Shown: piece by piece, positions 40,710 to 52,904 of the stretch
Layout: every line of letters begins with the position of its first letter
Numbering within the stretch: position 1 is the first letter of the stretch
Assembly: GCA_021613535.1 (NCBI GenBank)
Contig: CP075497.1
Location: 8,680,001 to 8,744,000, forward strand
DNA from: Adineta vaga
Taxonomy: Eukaryota; Animalia; Rotifera
Reading direction: 5' to 3'
Length of the DNA stretch: 64,000 nt
Program-made: the position numbers and the translations under genes
Notes under the pieces: generated by a model
What the model saw: only the letters and a program-made list of their open reading frames with translations
What the model was told of the DNA's origin: nothing
Database searches by the model: none

Positions 40710-41783
40710 ATGTATGAAAAGAAGTTCTGCATTTTATACCTTTTTACTTCATTTCATTTGACTTTACCAGTGTGTATTCCATCATCAACTCAATGTGGAT
40801 GTTCACGGGTAAGACCTACTCTTTCTGAATCGAAAATTGTTGGTGGATATACAGCTCGAAATAATTCCTGGCCATGGATTGGTAAGTATCATCAATTAAT
40901 TCTTAATTTATCATCATACTAAATGAATTCTATAGTTAGTCTTCGCCGATTAAAAGATAATAGTTCATTATATAGTGCTGGTAGTGCTTTTTGTGGTGGA
41001 ACATTAATTAATGATAAATATATTTTAACAGCTGCTCATTGTTTTGATAGCATCAAAACAACACAACTTTCAAGTTATATGGCTGTTGTTGGTGCTATAT
41101 ATAAGAATGATACGAATTCAAGTCGTTTTAGAATTCGAAATGTGATGCTACATGAAAACTATAATAGCGACACCTATGAAAATGATATCGCGCTTTTTGA
41201 ACTTTATCATCCAGTGGATTTGAATGATTATAAAATAGGATTTATTTGTCTTCCATCAAATGGTCGAGTAACATATCCGTATAATGGAATGAATGCTACA
41301 GCAATTGGCTGGGGACGATTGCAAGAAGGTGGTAGTTCATCTTATACTCTTCAACAAGTACAATTACCGATAATAGAATATGCAAATCAATACTGTTCGA
41401 ATCTTGTATACGACGATTCTATTCAATTCTGTGCCGGGTTTATTCAAGGTGGAAAGGATACATGTCAAGGCGACAGGTAAAGTAAATGTATTCAAATCTT
41501 AATCGGAGTGATTACGTGTTTTAGTGGTGGACCCTTAATGACATATGATGGAAATAGTGATACATGGATTATTGCTGGCATAACTTCTTATGGGCATGGG
41601 TGTGCACAGCCAGAATCTCCTGGTATTTATACTCGAGTAAGTATGTACGTGGATTGGATCAATGCTCATATAAACGCTACGAACATGAACTCTAAAACAT
41701 CGATAAAAATTATATCGAGTAAAGTTTTGCTATCTTTATATTGTCTTTATTTGTTTTTATCGCACCTGATTATTTGTATTTGA
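40710..41783 (+). CDS. Trypsin-like S1 serine protease with signal peptide and hydrophobic C-terminus (GPI/TM), 3 exons
   Basis: K|IVGG activation site, TAAHC, NDIAL, KDTCQGDS|GGP, PGIYTRV. Confidence 0.93.
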
Positions 41784-41966
41784 TGTTAAAATAAGGAATC
41801 GCATTTTTATTGACAAATACATTCGAAATGAGTATAAGAAGGATGGATTAAAATATAAAAATGTTATGATAAATATATAGTGAAAATAAATGATATGTCA
41901 AGTGAGAATTTAGTTCATATTGTCTCATATTTATTGATAATTTAGTAGGTTTGTATAACGAATCGT

Positions 41967-42552
41967 TTAACCTAAATTGAATGTAAAGAATTTTTAGACT
42001 GTCGTCAATGATGGTTGACAGTTTTCCTTACCTTGTTGTTTTCCCTTTCCTTGACCACCATTGCTGGCTGGCGGTGTTTGGCCGTTGGGTGGTGGTGTTT
42101 GACCATTGGCTGGTGGTGATTGACCGTTGGCTGGTGGTGATTGACCGTTGGCTGGTGGTGTTTGACCGTTAGCTGGTGGTGTTTGACCGTTAGCTGGTGG
42201 TGTTTGGCCATTGGCTGGTGGTGTTTGACCGTTGGCTGGTGGTGTTTGACCGTTAGCTGGTGGTGTTTGACCGTTGGCTGGTGGTGTTTGACCGTTAGCT
42301 GGTGGTGTTTGGCCATTGGCTGGTGGTGATTGACCGTTGGCTGGTGGTGTTTGACCGTTAGCTGGTGGTGTTTGACCGTTGGCTGGTGGTGTTTGACCGT
42401 TGGCTGGTGGTGTTTGACCGCCGCTTGAGCCAGTTGGTGCCGAGAAGACGGCAATGGCACAGATAAACTAAAATCAAACACATTAAGAAAATAAATGGGA
42501 AATAAACAAACACTGAACTGACCAATGTTAAAACAATGATAGCTGATCGCAT
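41967..42552 (-). CDS. Secreted low-complexity protein with 17 x GQ[T/S]PPAN repeats (~156 aa, 3 exons)
   Basis: Exons 42552-42523, 42467-42032 and 41971-41967 with 55- and 60-nt GT-AG introns give MRSAIIVLTLFICAIAVFS-APTGSSG(GQTPPAN)17..GGQGKGKQQG*. Most repeat variation is synonymous in this frame. Confidence 0.8.
42063..42419 (-). repeat. 21-bp coding tandem repeat, 17 units (GGTCAAACACCACCAGCCAAC consensus)
   Basis: Seen directly; head-to-tail with no spacers. Confidence 0.95.
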
Positions 42553-42612
42553 CTTCTTGTCGATAGTTGATTAAAACACAGAATGATTTTTTTTTTTGAA
42601 TTAATACAGCAC

Positions 42613-42620
42613 TTTATATA
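42613..42620 (-). promoter_or_regulatory. TATA box candidate for the repeat-protein gene
   Basis: TATATAAA on the minus strand ~60 nt upstream of ATG 42552. Confidence 0.4.
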
Positions 42621-43754
42621 CAATCGCGAATCATGTGTTTGCGCCCATACATTTGTTTGCTTTTTTTGCATCAATGAAGCCATTCACAACATATGTTTTT
42701 GTAAATATTTCGAAGGCGATACGTCATGCATTCTGCTTATATTCAGATAAATCACATGCCGAGTTACTCTACGTAATGTATGTCCATCATAAGTGCAACT
42801 ACTATAATTTAACATGGTTTACCTGTGTTTTCACCTCTACCAGGTAACGCACTTTTTTCTTTTTGAAGTCACGCCCTTGAATAAACAAGCACCCAATTAT
42901 ACTCTAGGTCATTTGAAATATGACCCTAAGAACGATTGCTTATTTATTCGAAACGATAATAGAAAATTTATTTTATTTATATGAATCACTGCCAAATAAA
43001 AAAATTCACATGTCATTATAATCCTCTATTAATCCTAACGAAACAAAGATCATCTTAATACAATCCATTGTATTTTTCATTTCTTTCGAAATCAAATCAA
43101 ATCACTTCGCTTGAAAATTTTCAATACTGTCTCTATTCAGTGAATAGAATAAATTACATCATCGTTTCATCGATATAACGTTTATTTAGTACAGTTGTGT
43201 ATATAGTACGTTCACTATAACAAAAAGAAAAAGAGATTTTTCTTTCTCTCCTTGAACTTCATTCAGTATGTGACGGTTGAAGCGCTTCGTACATAGAAAC
43301 TCTCTAGTTCATGTTACCAGTTACAATTTTCTTTTCCCTTCTTTTCTTCCCAAAAAAGTTCTTCCTCAAACAAGGACAAAGTAACAGTCCAGCTGATTAC
43401 GGTCAACATCTTGTGTACATATACACGTTCTTACACCATCGATGATTACACTGGTGCATAAAGGTTTGCATCTCTGACAAACACAGGACATGCATATAAA
43501 AAAAAGAAGAAAAGATGTAAAAAGGGCGTTGATTTTTTTCTTCTTCTCTTTCTGTCACACAATCGAAGAACAAAATAAAAGTAAGTAAATAGAGGAAAGT
43601 AAAAATGATTGCAACTTGAAATAGGTTTTCTTCCTTCTTTCTTTTTTGTCTTCACATCAACATATGTGTCACACGAAATGATATATCAGCTGATACATAT
43701 GGTTGTTATTGATGTGAAGATATGAGGAATAACTTCAGGAATTGATATCGATCA

Positions 43755-45039
43755 TGATCAATGTGTTATATCTATATTGTATTGTGCAATTTGTAATTCG
43801 TATAACAATCATCAATAGTGTTACGAAATCTCAACCACAGGAATATCGAGCTTTTTTCAATCGACCACAAAATGTTTATCAACAACGACAAGAACAAATA
43901 GCAAGTATAAATAGTCAGAAATGGTATTATTCATCTAATAATCAACCAACAGCTTCGTCATGGTTTTGGACAAATCAAAATGTACCATCATCAAATTTTT
44001 ATCAAAATTCACTCCCATTTAATCAAGTTGATCAATTATCCAATTGGGTATGTGGAAGAAATCAAATAAGCAATCGATTTGCACGTATTATGGGTGGACA
44101 AGATGCTGTACCACATTCATATCCTTGGATGGTTTCTTTAGCAAAACGTTCTTTAAATAATATTCATTTATGTGGTGGTGTAATTATCACAAGACGTCAT
44201 GTTCTATCTGCTGCACATTGTATGGAAGATTTTAATGATGTGTCAGATTTAAATGTTATTACCGGTACACATTATGCTAACGATAAACGGAATCCTGCAG
44301 CTGCTATTGCAATAACTGTTCATCCTCGATACGATTCTGAAACATTTGCCAATGATATCGCTGTTATTACTCTGTTATCTCCATTACCTGATAATGATCC
44401 ACGAATTGCAACAATTTGTTTACCGCCAGATGATATTCCGGGAAAAAGTTATCCACCTATGAAAAGTTCCGGTGTTGCTATTGGTTGGGGATCCACTTAT
44501 TTCGGTGGTGATCCATCGCCAACGCTTAAACAAGTAGTTTTACCAATTCTTGAAACAACTAAATGGCCATGCAATATATTTGTTACTTATGCTAATGGGC
44601 AGATTTGTGCGGGAGAATTAAGTGGTGGCGTTGATACATGTCAAGCTGACTCAGGTTAAATAATAAACATCTTTTTTGTTCTCTGCAACAGAAACAAACA
44701 TAATTGAATTTTTTACTTCAGGTGGACCATTAATGGTCGAAACTGCAAACAATCGTTGGGAAGTTATAGGTATAACATCATTTGGTAAATCATGGTAAGT
44801 TATGCCATCAAATATTGACAATTAAAATGAAATATTTTTTTTATATTTTTAGTGGTAAGCCAAATACGCCTGGAATTTATACTCGTGTAAGTACTTATAA
44901 TAGTTTTATTCGATCAACAATTGGCCTCTCACAATACAGTCCATATTATTCTTCATCAGCATTCTCATCATCATTAAGTTCTTCGCCAATGAAACTGCAC
45001 ATCAGTATTATGTTTTTGATAGTATTTTTTCTAATTTAA
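43755..45039 (+). CDS. Trypsin-like S1 serine protease with Q/N-rich propeptide and hydrophobic C-terminus, 3 exons
   Basis: R|IMGG, SAAHC, NDIAV, VDTCQADSG|GP, PGIYTRV; S-rich spacer then hydrophobic tail. Confidence 0.92.
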
Positions 45040-45493
45040 TCAGAAAAGAAACGGAAAAATCTGAGCTTTTTCTTGTACAAATTTGTTAAATGTTTTATTT
45101 TTTTTCTGCTCTTTTTTGAACGTTTATTCGAATAGAATAAGGTCGAACAGTATCGTATTAATTCTTTTAAGTATTTTTTCACTTCTCTTCTCATCATCAT
45201 GCTCTCATATGAGTAAGATCAATTCTATATTTCTCTTTTTATTGACAGAGAAGGAGAAAAAAAAAGACCGTTTAACAATATATCATCGTAAAAAAACGAA
45301 TACGAATGCTTCATGGTCTTTACATGCTTTATGTATATATGTATATTTAATGCAAATAGACAGCAATGAAAATGAGCATGAAAATTAAAAAAAAAAAGAA
45401 AATGAGGAAATCATATATGCATATGTATATCGGTGAATCAATCAATCGATAAGTGATATATCAGAAAAGTCGAGAATAGATTTATGATTTGAG

Positions 45494-46919
45494 TTACTCA
45501 AAATCGGTCGCAAAACCAGTATCGATTTTCGATCGAGCATGCCATCGTGGTTTTTTATTGAAAATCTATATTTTTAGAAGAAAATATTTTTTTTTCAAGA
45601 AATTCAATTGAAATTTTTACCACAGGTTTTGTATGTGTATAATTTGAATCATAAGAATCATTGAAAGAATCAATCTTTGGCGCAGATCTCCAACGTGGTA
45701 ATTGATTGATAATCTACAATGAACAAAATCGATTTGAAATGAAAAGATGAATCGAATTTACTCTTGGTCTTGGTTGGTTTTGTACATAATCTAACATGTG
45801 TTCATTATGACTATCAGTTTTTGGTTTGATAAAATGCCATCTATCATTCTTTCGATTAACCTAGAAAGCAGAAAATAAGTTGATATTCAGATTACATTAA
45901 CATAGATTACAGAAGTTGATTGACGGTGTTTTCGTTGTCGTACAGTTCTTCGATTTCCCATTTGCTTGAAAATGAATCATGAAAATTGACTCAAGCTCTT
46001 TTTTTTTGTCTTACCGGAAGTCTTGCTGGTCTATATTGTCTACTATACTCATCATATACAGGATCGTAATTAGCAATGTACATTCCGTTAGTATTCGTTC
46101 GTTGATCTTGTGAATAATTCTATACGAAAGAAATTCAAGTAATCCTTAGTGAAAATGTTATTTTTCTATAATAACATATGATTGTTGATATCGAAGAGTT
46201 CTTTCACGCTCTTTATATCTGATGTAATCATCATTATAAGTATCAGTTCTTGGACTTGAGAACCACGAACGTGGTTCATTGAAGATCTTTATGAAAACGA
46301 AAGATTGAGCAAAGAGTTTCTTTTATCTAAATTATCTTACTATAGGTTTTCGACGATTTCGTATTTGATCAAATCCTCTTTCATTATGAGTATCGATTTT
46401 AGGTTGCGCATAATATTCAATTTTTTCATCAAAAATCTGTTGGGCATAAAAGACAATAATTCATTTTAATTGAATAATGCTTTACTTTAACAGTTGATTG
46501 AGGTGGAACATAACGAAGACGACGTCGTTTTGGTTGAGCCTTCAAAAACATTTATAAATCAAATTCTATTGTTGTAAGATTTAATTTACTTGTGTTCGAA
46601 CTTCTTGATATCCCGTTCTATGTGGTATTCCAACATCAGACGTAGTTTCTTGAATATAATTAACTTGATTATATGAGATCGGATTTCTATCTTCATGTGC
46701 TACTACTCGTTTTACTCGTGTTCGTGGTACACGATGTATCGATGTAGATTTAAATGTTGTTGATTGATGAATTGGTTGAGCTACAACGTCATAACCCGAA
46801 ACATAATGTCTGGGATCATCGGCAACAATATAATATTGCTAGATAGAAGAAAATTGAAATTATTGATCTTTCGATAATATTTTCTTCATACATACTTGAG
46901 CGTCTTGATCGCGCGGCAT
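45494..46919 (-). CDS. Hypothetical protein with five exon-encoded tau/MAP-like repeats, ~10 exons
   Basis: Phase-0 exons splice into an open frame from MPRDQDAQ to IFNKKPRWHARSKIDTGFATDFE*; repeated motif I[F/I][N/D]xxxxWxxxPK[I/T]D[S/T]xN. Confidence 0.7.
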
Positions 46920-47416
46920 GATCAAAAGAAAATCTTTGACGTTACTATGGAGTAAAAACAATCATAATAGAAAAATGTTTATATATTCACGTAGAAATAT
47001 TGTCGTGCTTTTTGACGTTAAGTCGTAAGAAGAAATCATGTTGATGAAAAATAGAAAAAAATGAAACAAACAAATTTGACTCGTACAGATGTTAACTAAT
47101 CGGTGGTTTTTTTCAATAATGACTCATAATCGTCATCGATATTATTCTTGTAGGATAAGCATAGAACGACTTCTCAATACGAAGTTACGTGCTAGATTAT
47201 TCTCTTCCAAACTTTCCAACTAATTTTTTTGTATAGTCATACGAATTTACATCAACTCTATTTATATCATCATTTATATAAAGATAATTCATCTTTTGTT
47301 AAAATATGCAGATATATACACTATTTTAATCATACTATTTTCTGTAAACAGGCAAACAATACTAAATTTTTTAGTATTTACTTTTCGATATTTTTATTCT
47401 AAAATGTTAATGATAT

Positions 47417-48055
47417 TCAATTAATACAGTAGGTATTCTGATGATTCCAACATTGAAGTGACATACGTTGACAAGCACTAGGACATGATGAACAATCACC
47501 AGCATTAATCGTTTCATAATATTGATTTCCATTTGCTCCTTGACAAGAACAACCGCATCTTACAGATCCAGTGGGAACGGGTGGTGTTGGAGTAACTAAT
47601 CCTACGCATGTGCCTTGAGTTTGACCAACATAATTATTTACACATATATATGAGTATTGATTAGCACAAGCAATACTGCACGCACCAATTTGACATGTGT
47701 AAGCATTTGCATAACCCACAAGCGATGGCGTACATAAATATGAACCTGAATTGCAACAGTTACATTGACAAGAATAAGGACCGCCGGTCACGGGTGAAAA
47801 TGTGGTCGTTGTAGTTGTTGCATCAGTACATGTTCCTATAGCTTGGCTGTTCGATGGTTGTCCAGTACATTGATAATATCGTGCTTTACAAGCTGCTAAA
47901 CAAGCTATACTTGTGCATACTTCAGCAGTAACACTCGCTAAATCAATTGGTTGACATCCTGTTCCAATACAACATTTACATGAACAGGAAAAAGATTGAA
48001 CATTGACAATATTGAAGAGTAAAATGGAAAAAGTCGCTACTGATGTGAGATACAT
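47417..48055 (-). CDS. Secreted cysteine-rich protein with three CxCx(C)C modules, intronless
   Basis: 212-aa ORF with signal peptide; modules start CSCKCC, CQCNCC, CGCSC and are separated by T/P-rich linkers. Confidence 0.8.
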   Translation of the reverse strand: MYLTSVATFSILLFNIVNVQSFSCSCKCCIGTGCQPIDLASVTAEVCTSIACLAACKARYYQCTGQPSNSQAIGTCTDATTTTTTFSPVTGGPYSCQCNCCNSGSYLCTPSLVGYANAYTCQIGACSIACANQYSYICVNNYVGQTQGTCVGLVTPTPPVPTGSVRCGCSCQGANGNQYYETINAGDCSSCPSACQRMSLQCWNHQNTYCIN

Positions 48056-48442
48056 GATGCGATAGTAATATTCGTCTTTGTCTGATACTTTATAACATAC
48101 GAAGAGAAAAAAAAGAAATGATATTATATTAATACGCTAAAGTCTTTTTCAAATAAAAGAAGAATAATTGAAATTTTCTGTTAACAATTGATGGCTCCGA
48201 AGAAAAAAATCACTTTAATCATTTATCTATCCTTCAATTTCAATTCAAGTCACATCGATGCTTGTATATAATCTTCTACTTTTAAAACAAAGACGGTCTA
48301 TAACCTCGAACATTATGACGAAGGTCTTTTAAATGACGCACTCTTAAATTTAGCTAGTTTTTATCGTTATGTACACCGTGTCATCTGTAATAGTTAATAT
48401 AAAACATGAAAGTATTGGAATGAGAATCACATCATCAGGATA

Positions 48443-49166
48443 ATGTTTTTCTTTATAACAATCACTCTTATTCTTACAATTTTTGGTCAATCATGTTCTG
48501 CTGCTTGTCCAAAAATAGTCACTCAAAAAGACTTTAATGTTACTAAAGTAAATCAAAATATCTTTTGATTTATTAATCAATCTCACTGTAATGCTTCTCT
48601 TCTTCTTCATAAAGTATTTAGGTCTTTGGTACGAAATCGAACGAAATAATATTATTTTCGAAATCGCTTCAAAATGTGAAAATGCTACTTATACTCCTAA
48701 TGATAATGGTACTGTAGGTGTTTGGAATCAAGCAATTACTGAATATAGTGGCTATTATAGTATTCATGGTCTTGCTCGAGTCAAAGATCCAGCTGAACCA
48801 GCAGCTTTAGAAGTTATTTTTTCCAATCCATGTAATAAGATAATATTCTTGATATATCTTCTGATGTTATCATTTTTCATTTTGAATAGCTCGTAAAGGT
48901 GATTATAATGTAATTACGACAGATTATAATGAATATGCACTTGTTTATGCATGTGAAGCTTTACCAATTGTTGGCATCAAAATGGAATTCATCTGGATTC
49001 TTTCGTATGTTTCCTATCTTTTTCTTCCTATTTTCATTAATGAGTTTTTCTTTGTTTTAGTCGAAAGAAATCTTTATCTCCATCACGCATTGATGAACTT
49101 AAAAAAATCTTGAAAGATATGGGTGCTGATGTTAACAGTGTCAAACCCACGACACAAGATTGCTAA
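48443..49166 (+). CDS. Apolipoprotein D-like lipocalin, 4 exons
   Basis: Signal peptide, CP..QKDFNVTKYLGLWYEIER (SCR1 GxW), TTDYNEYALVYAC (SCR2), WILSR (SCR3), terminal QDC. Confidence 0.92.
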
Positions 49167-49327
49167 TCTTTACAATTACTAGAAAAACAACGAACCTTTC
49201 AACTGTAAACAATCCACATATATCTTTGTAATCAGTTATAAGATGTTCGTTTTGTTTTCTTTAACAGCGAGAAAAAAAAGAAGCTCATATATAACAATAA
49301 AAAAAGAAAACGGTTATTCAGTCTATC

Positions 49328-50607
49328 TTAAACCCATTCTCTTGGTTGTTTCAAAACTTTCATAAGTTTCATTTCCGGTGAATTTTCTGGCAAATCTAAT
49401 CCATATTTCCATTTAGCTAACGGTGGTAAAGACATTAGAATACTTTCAATTCGTGCACCAGGTGTTTGAAAACCAAATTTTGTCCCACGATCTAAAACAA
49501 GATTAAATTCAGCATAGCGTCCACGTCTCAATAATTGCCAATCACGTTCTTGTGCTGTATATGTTTGTTGATAATTTGCTTTAACTATCGGAATATATGA
49601 TGGAATGACTGTATTTGCACAAGCTTTAACAAATTTAAAACATTCTCCTTGATTCGTTTCATTGAAATCATCAAAGAAAATACCACCGACTCCACGACGT
49701 TCATTTGAACGATAAGTTATATTGAAATATTCATCACACCATTTCTTATATTTTGGATAATATGATCGATCATGTTTATCACAAGTTTTCTTCAATGATA
49801 AATGAAAATGTTTACAATCCTTTTCATTTAAATAATACGGTGTCAAATCCGTACCACTAGAATAAAGAGACGATTGAAGATATGAATCTCATACAGTGAG
49901 AATACGAACCCTCCATACCACCAATGAATTTGACCATCAACATCAACAACTTCAAAATATCGATAATTAAAATGAATCGTTGGAACATGAGGATTTCTTG
50001 GATGTATTACCGATGAAATTCCTGCTACAAAAAAGTCTAATGGTGTATTTCGTGCAGCAAATTCATGACCACGTGCTCTCATTTGTTCAATTGCTTGCAC
50101 TGGAAGTTTACCATGTACAACGGATATATTCACACCAGCTTTTTCGAAAACATCACCGTCTTGCAAGACACATGTAATACCGCCACCACCACCATCTTCA
50201 CGAGACCAACGATCGACAAGAAAACGACTTTCACTATGTTGTTTGACTTCGAATTGTTCTAATGAATGACAAAGTTGTTTTTGTAATTTTAATATGAAAA
50301 TTTCCATTCGTGCTTGATAAGAATTGGACGCATTTTTCTGTAGAATATTTTTGTCTGTAATTGGTTCAGCCATAAATGCTTCCATTGGTATATCTGGATA
50401 TACATCCGAAACATCGGTCTCAAATGATGATGGTGTTAATCGGAAGAAATCAAGCATTGCTGCATGATGTTTACTAAAAGGTTTGTGAACATAACAATAG
50501 GTTAAAGTTGTTGCTGTACCAAAAATATATGGTAATGCAGTTTTAAATTGTTTTGTAAGACGATTATATGAAACAGCAGCAAATATTGCTGAACGACTAA
50601 AAGACAT
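49328..50607 (-). CDS. CPOX: Oxygen-dependent coproporphyrinogen III oxidase with N-terminal mitochondrial-type leader, 2 exons
   Basis: GGGGITCVLQDGDVFEKAGVNISVVHG, SSVIHPRNPHVPTIHFNYRYF, WYGGGTDLTP, RGVGGIFFDD, QLLRRGRYAEFNL, RIESILMSLP. Confidence 0.97.
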
Positions 50608-50651
50608 AATCTGAAAGAAACAATTAGAATAAAGATTTTGTTTAATACATT

Positions 50652-51582
50652 TTATTCATTAATTTCTTCGATCGATTTTCGTTTTTTCTTTTTCTTTTTT
50701 TCAGAAAAAGGTAATAAAATTTGTTGTTGTTGTTCTTCTTGTTCTTGTAATCGTTGTAGTTTTCCATTCATTTTTATTCCATGACGAGCACCTCTATAAC
50801 AAGCAAATCACATGATTTTTATCTTTTAACATTTTGATAAGAGATAATTATTACTTATGTGCAGTTCGACCACCACAGATGCGAAGTAAATCTTCATCAC
50901 TTGGCCTAAAATTAAGAATAATTCAATAATCAAGGGCAATGTTCATTCTAAAATTAAACATACATTGCAGACGAATTGCTTTCAGTAACAATAGTTTCTT
51001 GTTCAATTCGAAGAGATTCTTCTTTATTACCCATTAAAACCGAACTCTAAATAGATAATCGATTAAAACAATACATATATACATCCATAAGATTGTCCTA
51101 ACGAGTTTAGTAAATAGATTGAAATTTACCTTTTCAAAACGAGAATATATTGATTTTTTTGTACTTTGATTATCATCACCACCAGTACTACCACCATCAT
51201 CATCTTTATGTTTACGTTTCTTTACTTTTTTCTCTTCACTTTCTGGTTTTTCAAGCGAATCAGAAACTTTTTTAGCTGCGCGATTGTACGAATACTCCCA
51301 CCATTTAAATTCACTTGAATATTCATCTTTTTGATTACATCCAACCTAGAAAAATAAAATCAACCAAACATTTTTCTTTCCTCTTTCGAGAGCATTGAAC
51401 TCTTACTCCTCGATTATCGAATTTTAGAACAGGCTTAATTGCTGTTTTCATTCCTTGATTATCTTTACCAAGACCTTTATCTAAATCATTTCATTTAAAA
51501 ATAGTAAATCTTTTTTTTAAAAAAAAAACATCTTACCGTCATCCCAACCATATTTTCTTAGCATTCTCTCAGCAAATTCCAT
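50652..51582 (-). CDS. GPATCH4: G-patch domain-containing protein 4-like, 6 exons
   Basis: MEFAERMLRKYGW..KGLGKDNQGMKTAIKPVLKFDNRGVG, WWEYSYNRAA, SDEDLLRICGGRTAHKGARHGIKMNGKLQRL. Confidence 0.9.
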
Positions 51583-52904
51583 CTTTTCTATGTTGTTTAA
51601 GATATGTACGAGAGAATCTACAAATTAATAGACAACTAAATTCATTTAGAAATTCCACAACGCACAAGTACAAATCAATGATAACTACTACACACACCAT
51701 CCTTGATCTTAACAATTCGTTCTATTTATAGACAAATCGATGATGAGTTTAAATTTTTATCATGAATATCAATGACATCTATCGAAAAGTCTAAAACTTG
51801 CATAAGTTAATCTAACTGAGCAATGCAGCTTTTACAAAGAAAAAACATATATGATTATCATCGAAGAACTCTTTCTCCTAAACATTTATACTTACTAGTC
51901 TGTTCATTCAAATTCAATAGAAAAAAACATTTCTTGTCTTGATAAGTATTTCAAAGGGTAAAGGAACACGCCTATTACGATCAATTGAAAATTGAAAGTG
52001 ACATAAAACAGACTATCACATGGTAGAATACATCATCATGCTAATTAATAATATTTTGTAATATCCAAAATTTTATTCTTAACTGTTATAATATATTTTT
52101 GCTTTATAAAAGAAATACTTTTAGTATTTTAGAATTGTCAATCACTATTGATTAAGTAAAATGTTGGATTAGAGAGTACTTAAAGAGACAGATACTTGAA
52201 CTAAAAGTAGCATCACAGATGTCGAATGAAGTATTTTATTGCATAGTCATAATTATTATAAGTATTGACTAACATTACCATTAAGTAATACTAACAATTT
52301 CAGATCGAAAAGTGATCATTTCAATTGATTGAGTAATTTACCAAATGTTATGTCAGATATCATCGATTAAACTAAAATACAAATGTCATTCATCATGTAC
52401 AATATCCTATTGAACAGATGAAACAATTTACATTTGTCATTCAATTCAATTTAATCTCTTCTAACCTTTTTCGAAAGATCAATCTATTGATGTTATTAAC
52501 AGATTACTTGAGTCGATTTGATTCAGATAAGAATGAAATTAAGCGAAGTTCATTTCGTGTCTACATATATATTCATTGATTTTATACACTTAAAAAATGA
52601 AATTACAAAGACACACGCCAGCAATTGAGACAATAAGAATGTAGAGAAAATGAGATAAAACACCTCGTTCCACTCTCTGTGGAATTCATAGATCACTCGA
52701 TGAACTACAAGAATAAATGTCTACAAACAAGACGAAATAAAGCTGAGATACATCGAAGCAAAAAACAAACAGAGGAATTTTTCTTTACATTTAGTGTAAA
52801 GAATGCTAATCAAATAAAACATTACAAAAAAAAAGATTCAATTTTATTTCACAAACAACATTGATTAAGATATAGATAAAAATTCATGTATTTCTCCTTA
52901 CATT

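Noticed and set aside
42063-42419. 21-bp repeat array as a CRISPR array, or as the His-rich 'VKHHQPT' protein
   Set aside because: Units are contiguous with no unique spacers and no cas genes; synonymous variation and splice sites support the GQTPPAN frame.
42904-42927. Short inverted repeat AGGTCA-n9-TGACCC as a nuclear-receptor element
   Set aside because: Single imperfect match with atypical spacing; not distinguishable from chance.
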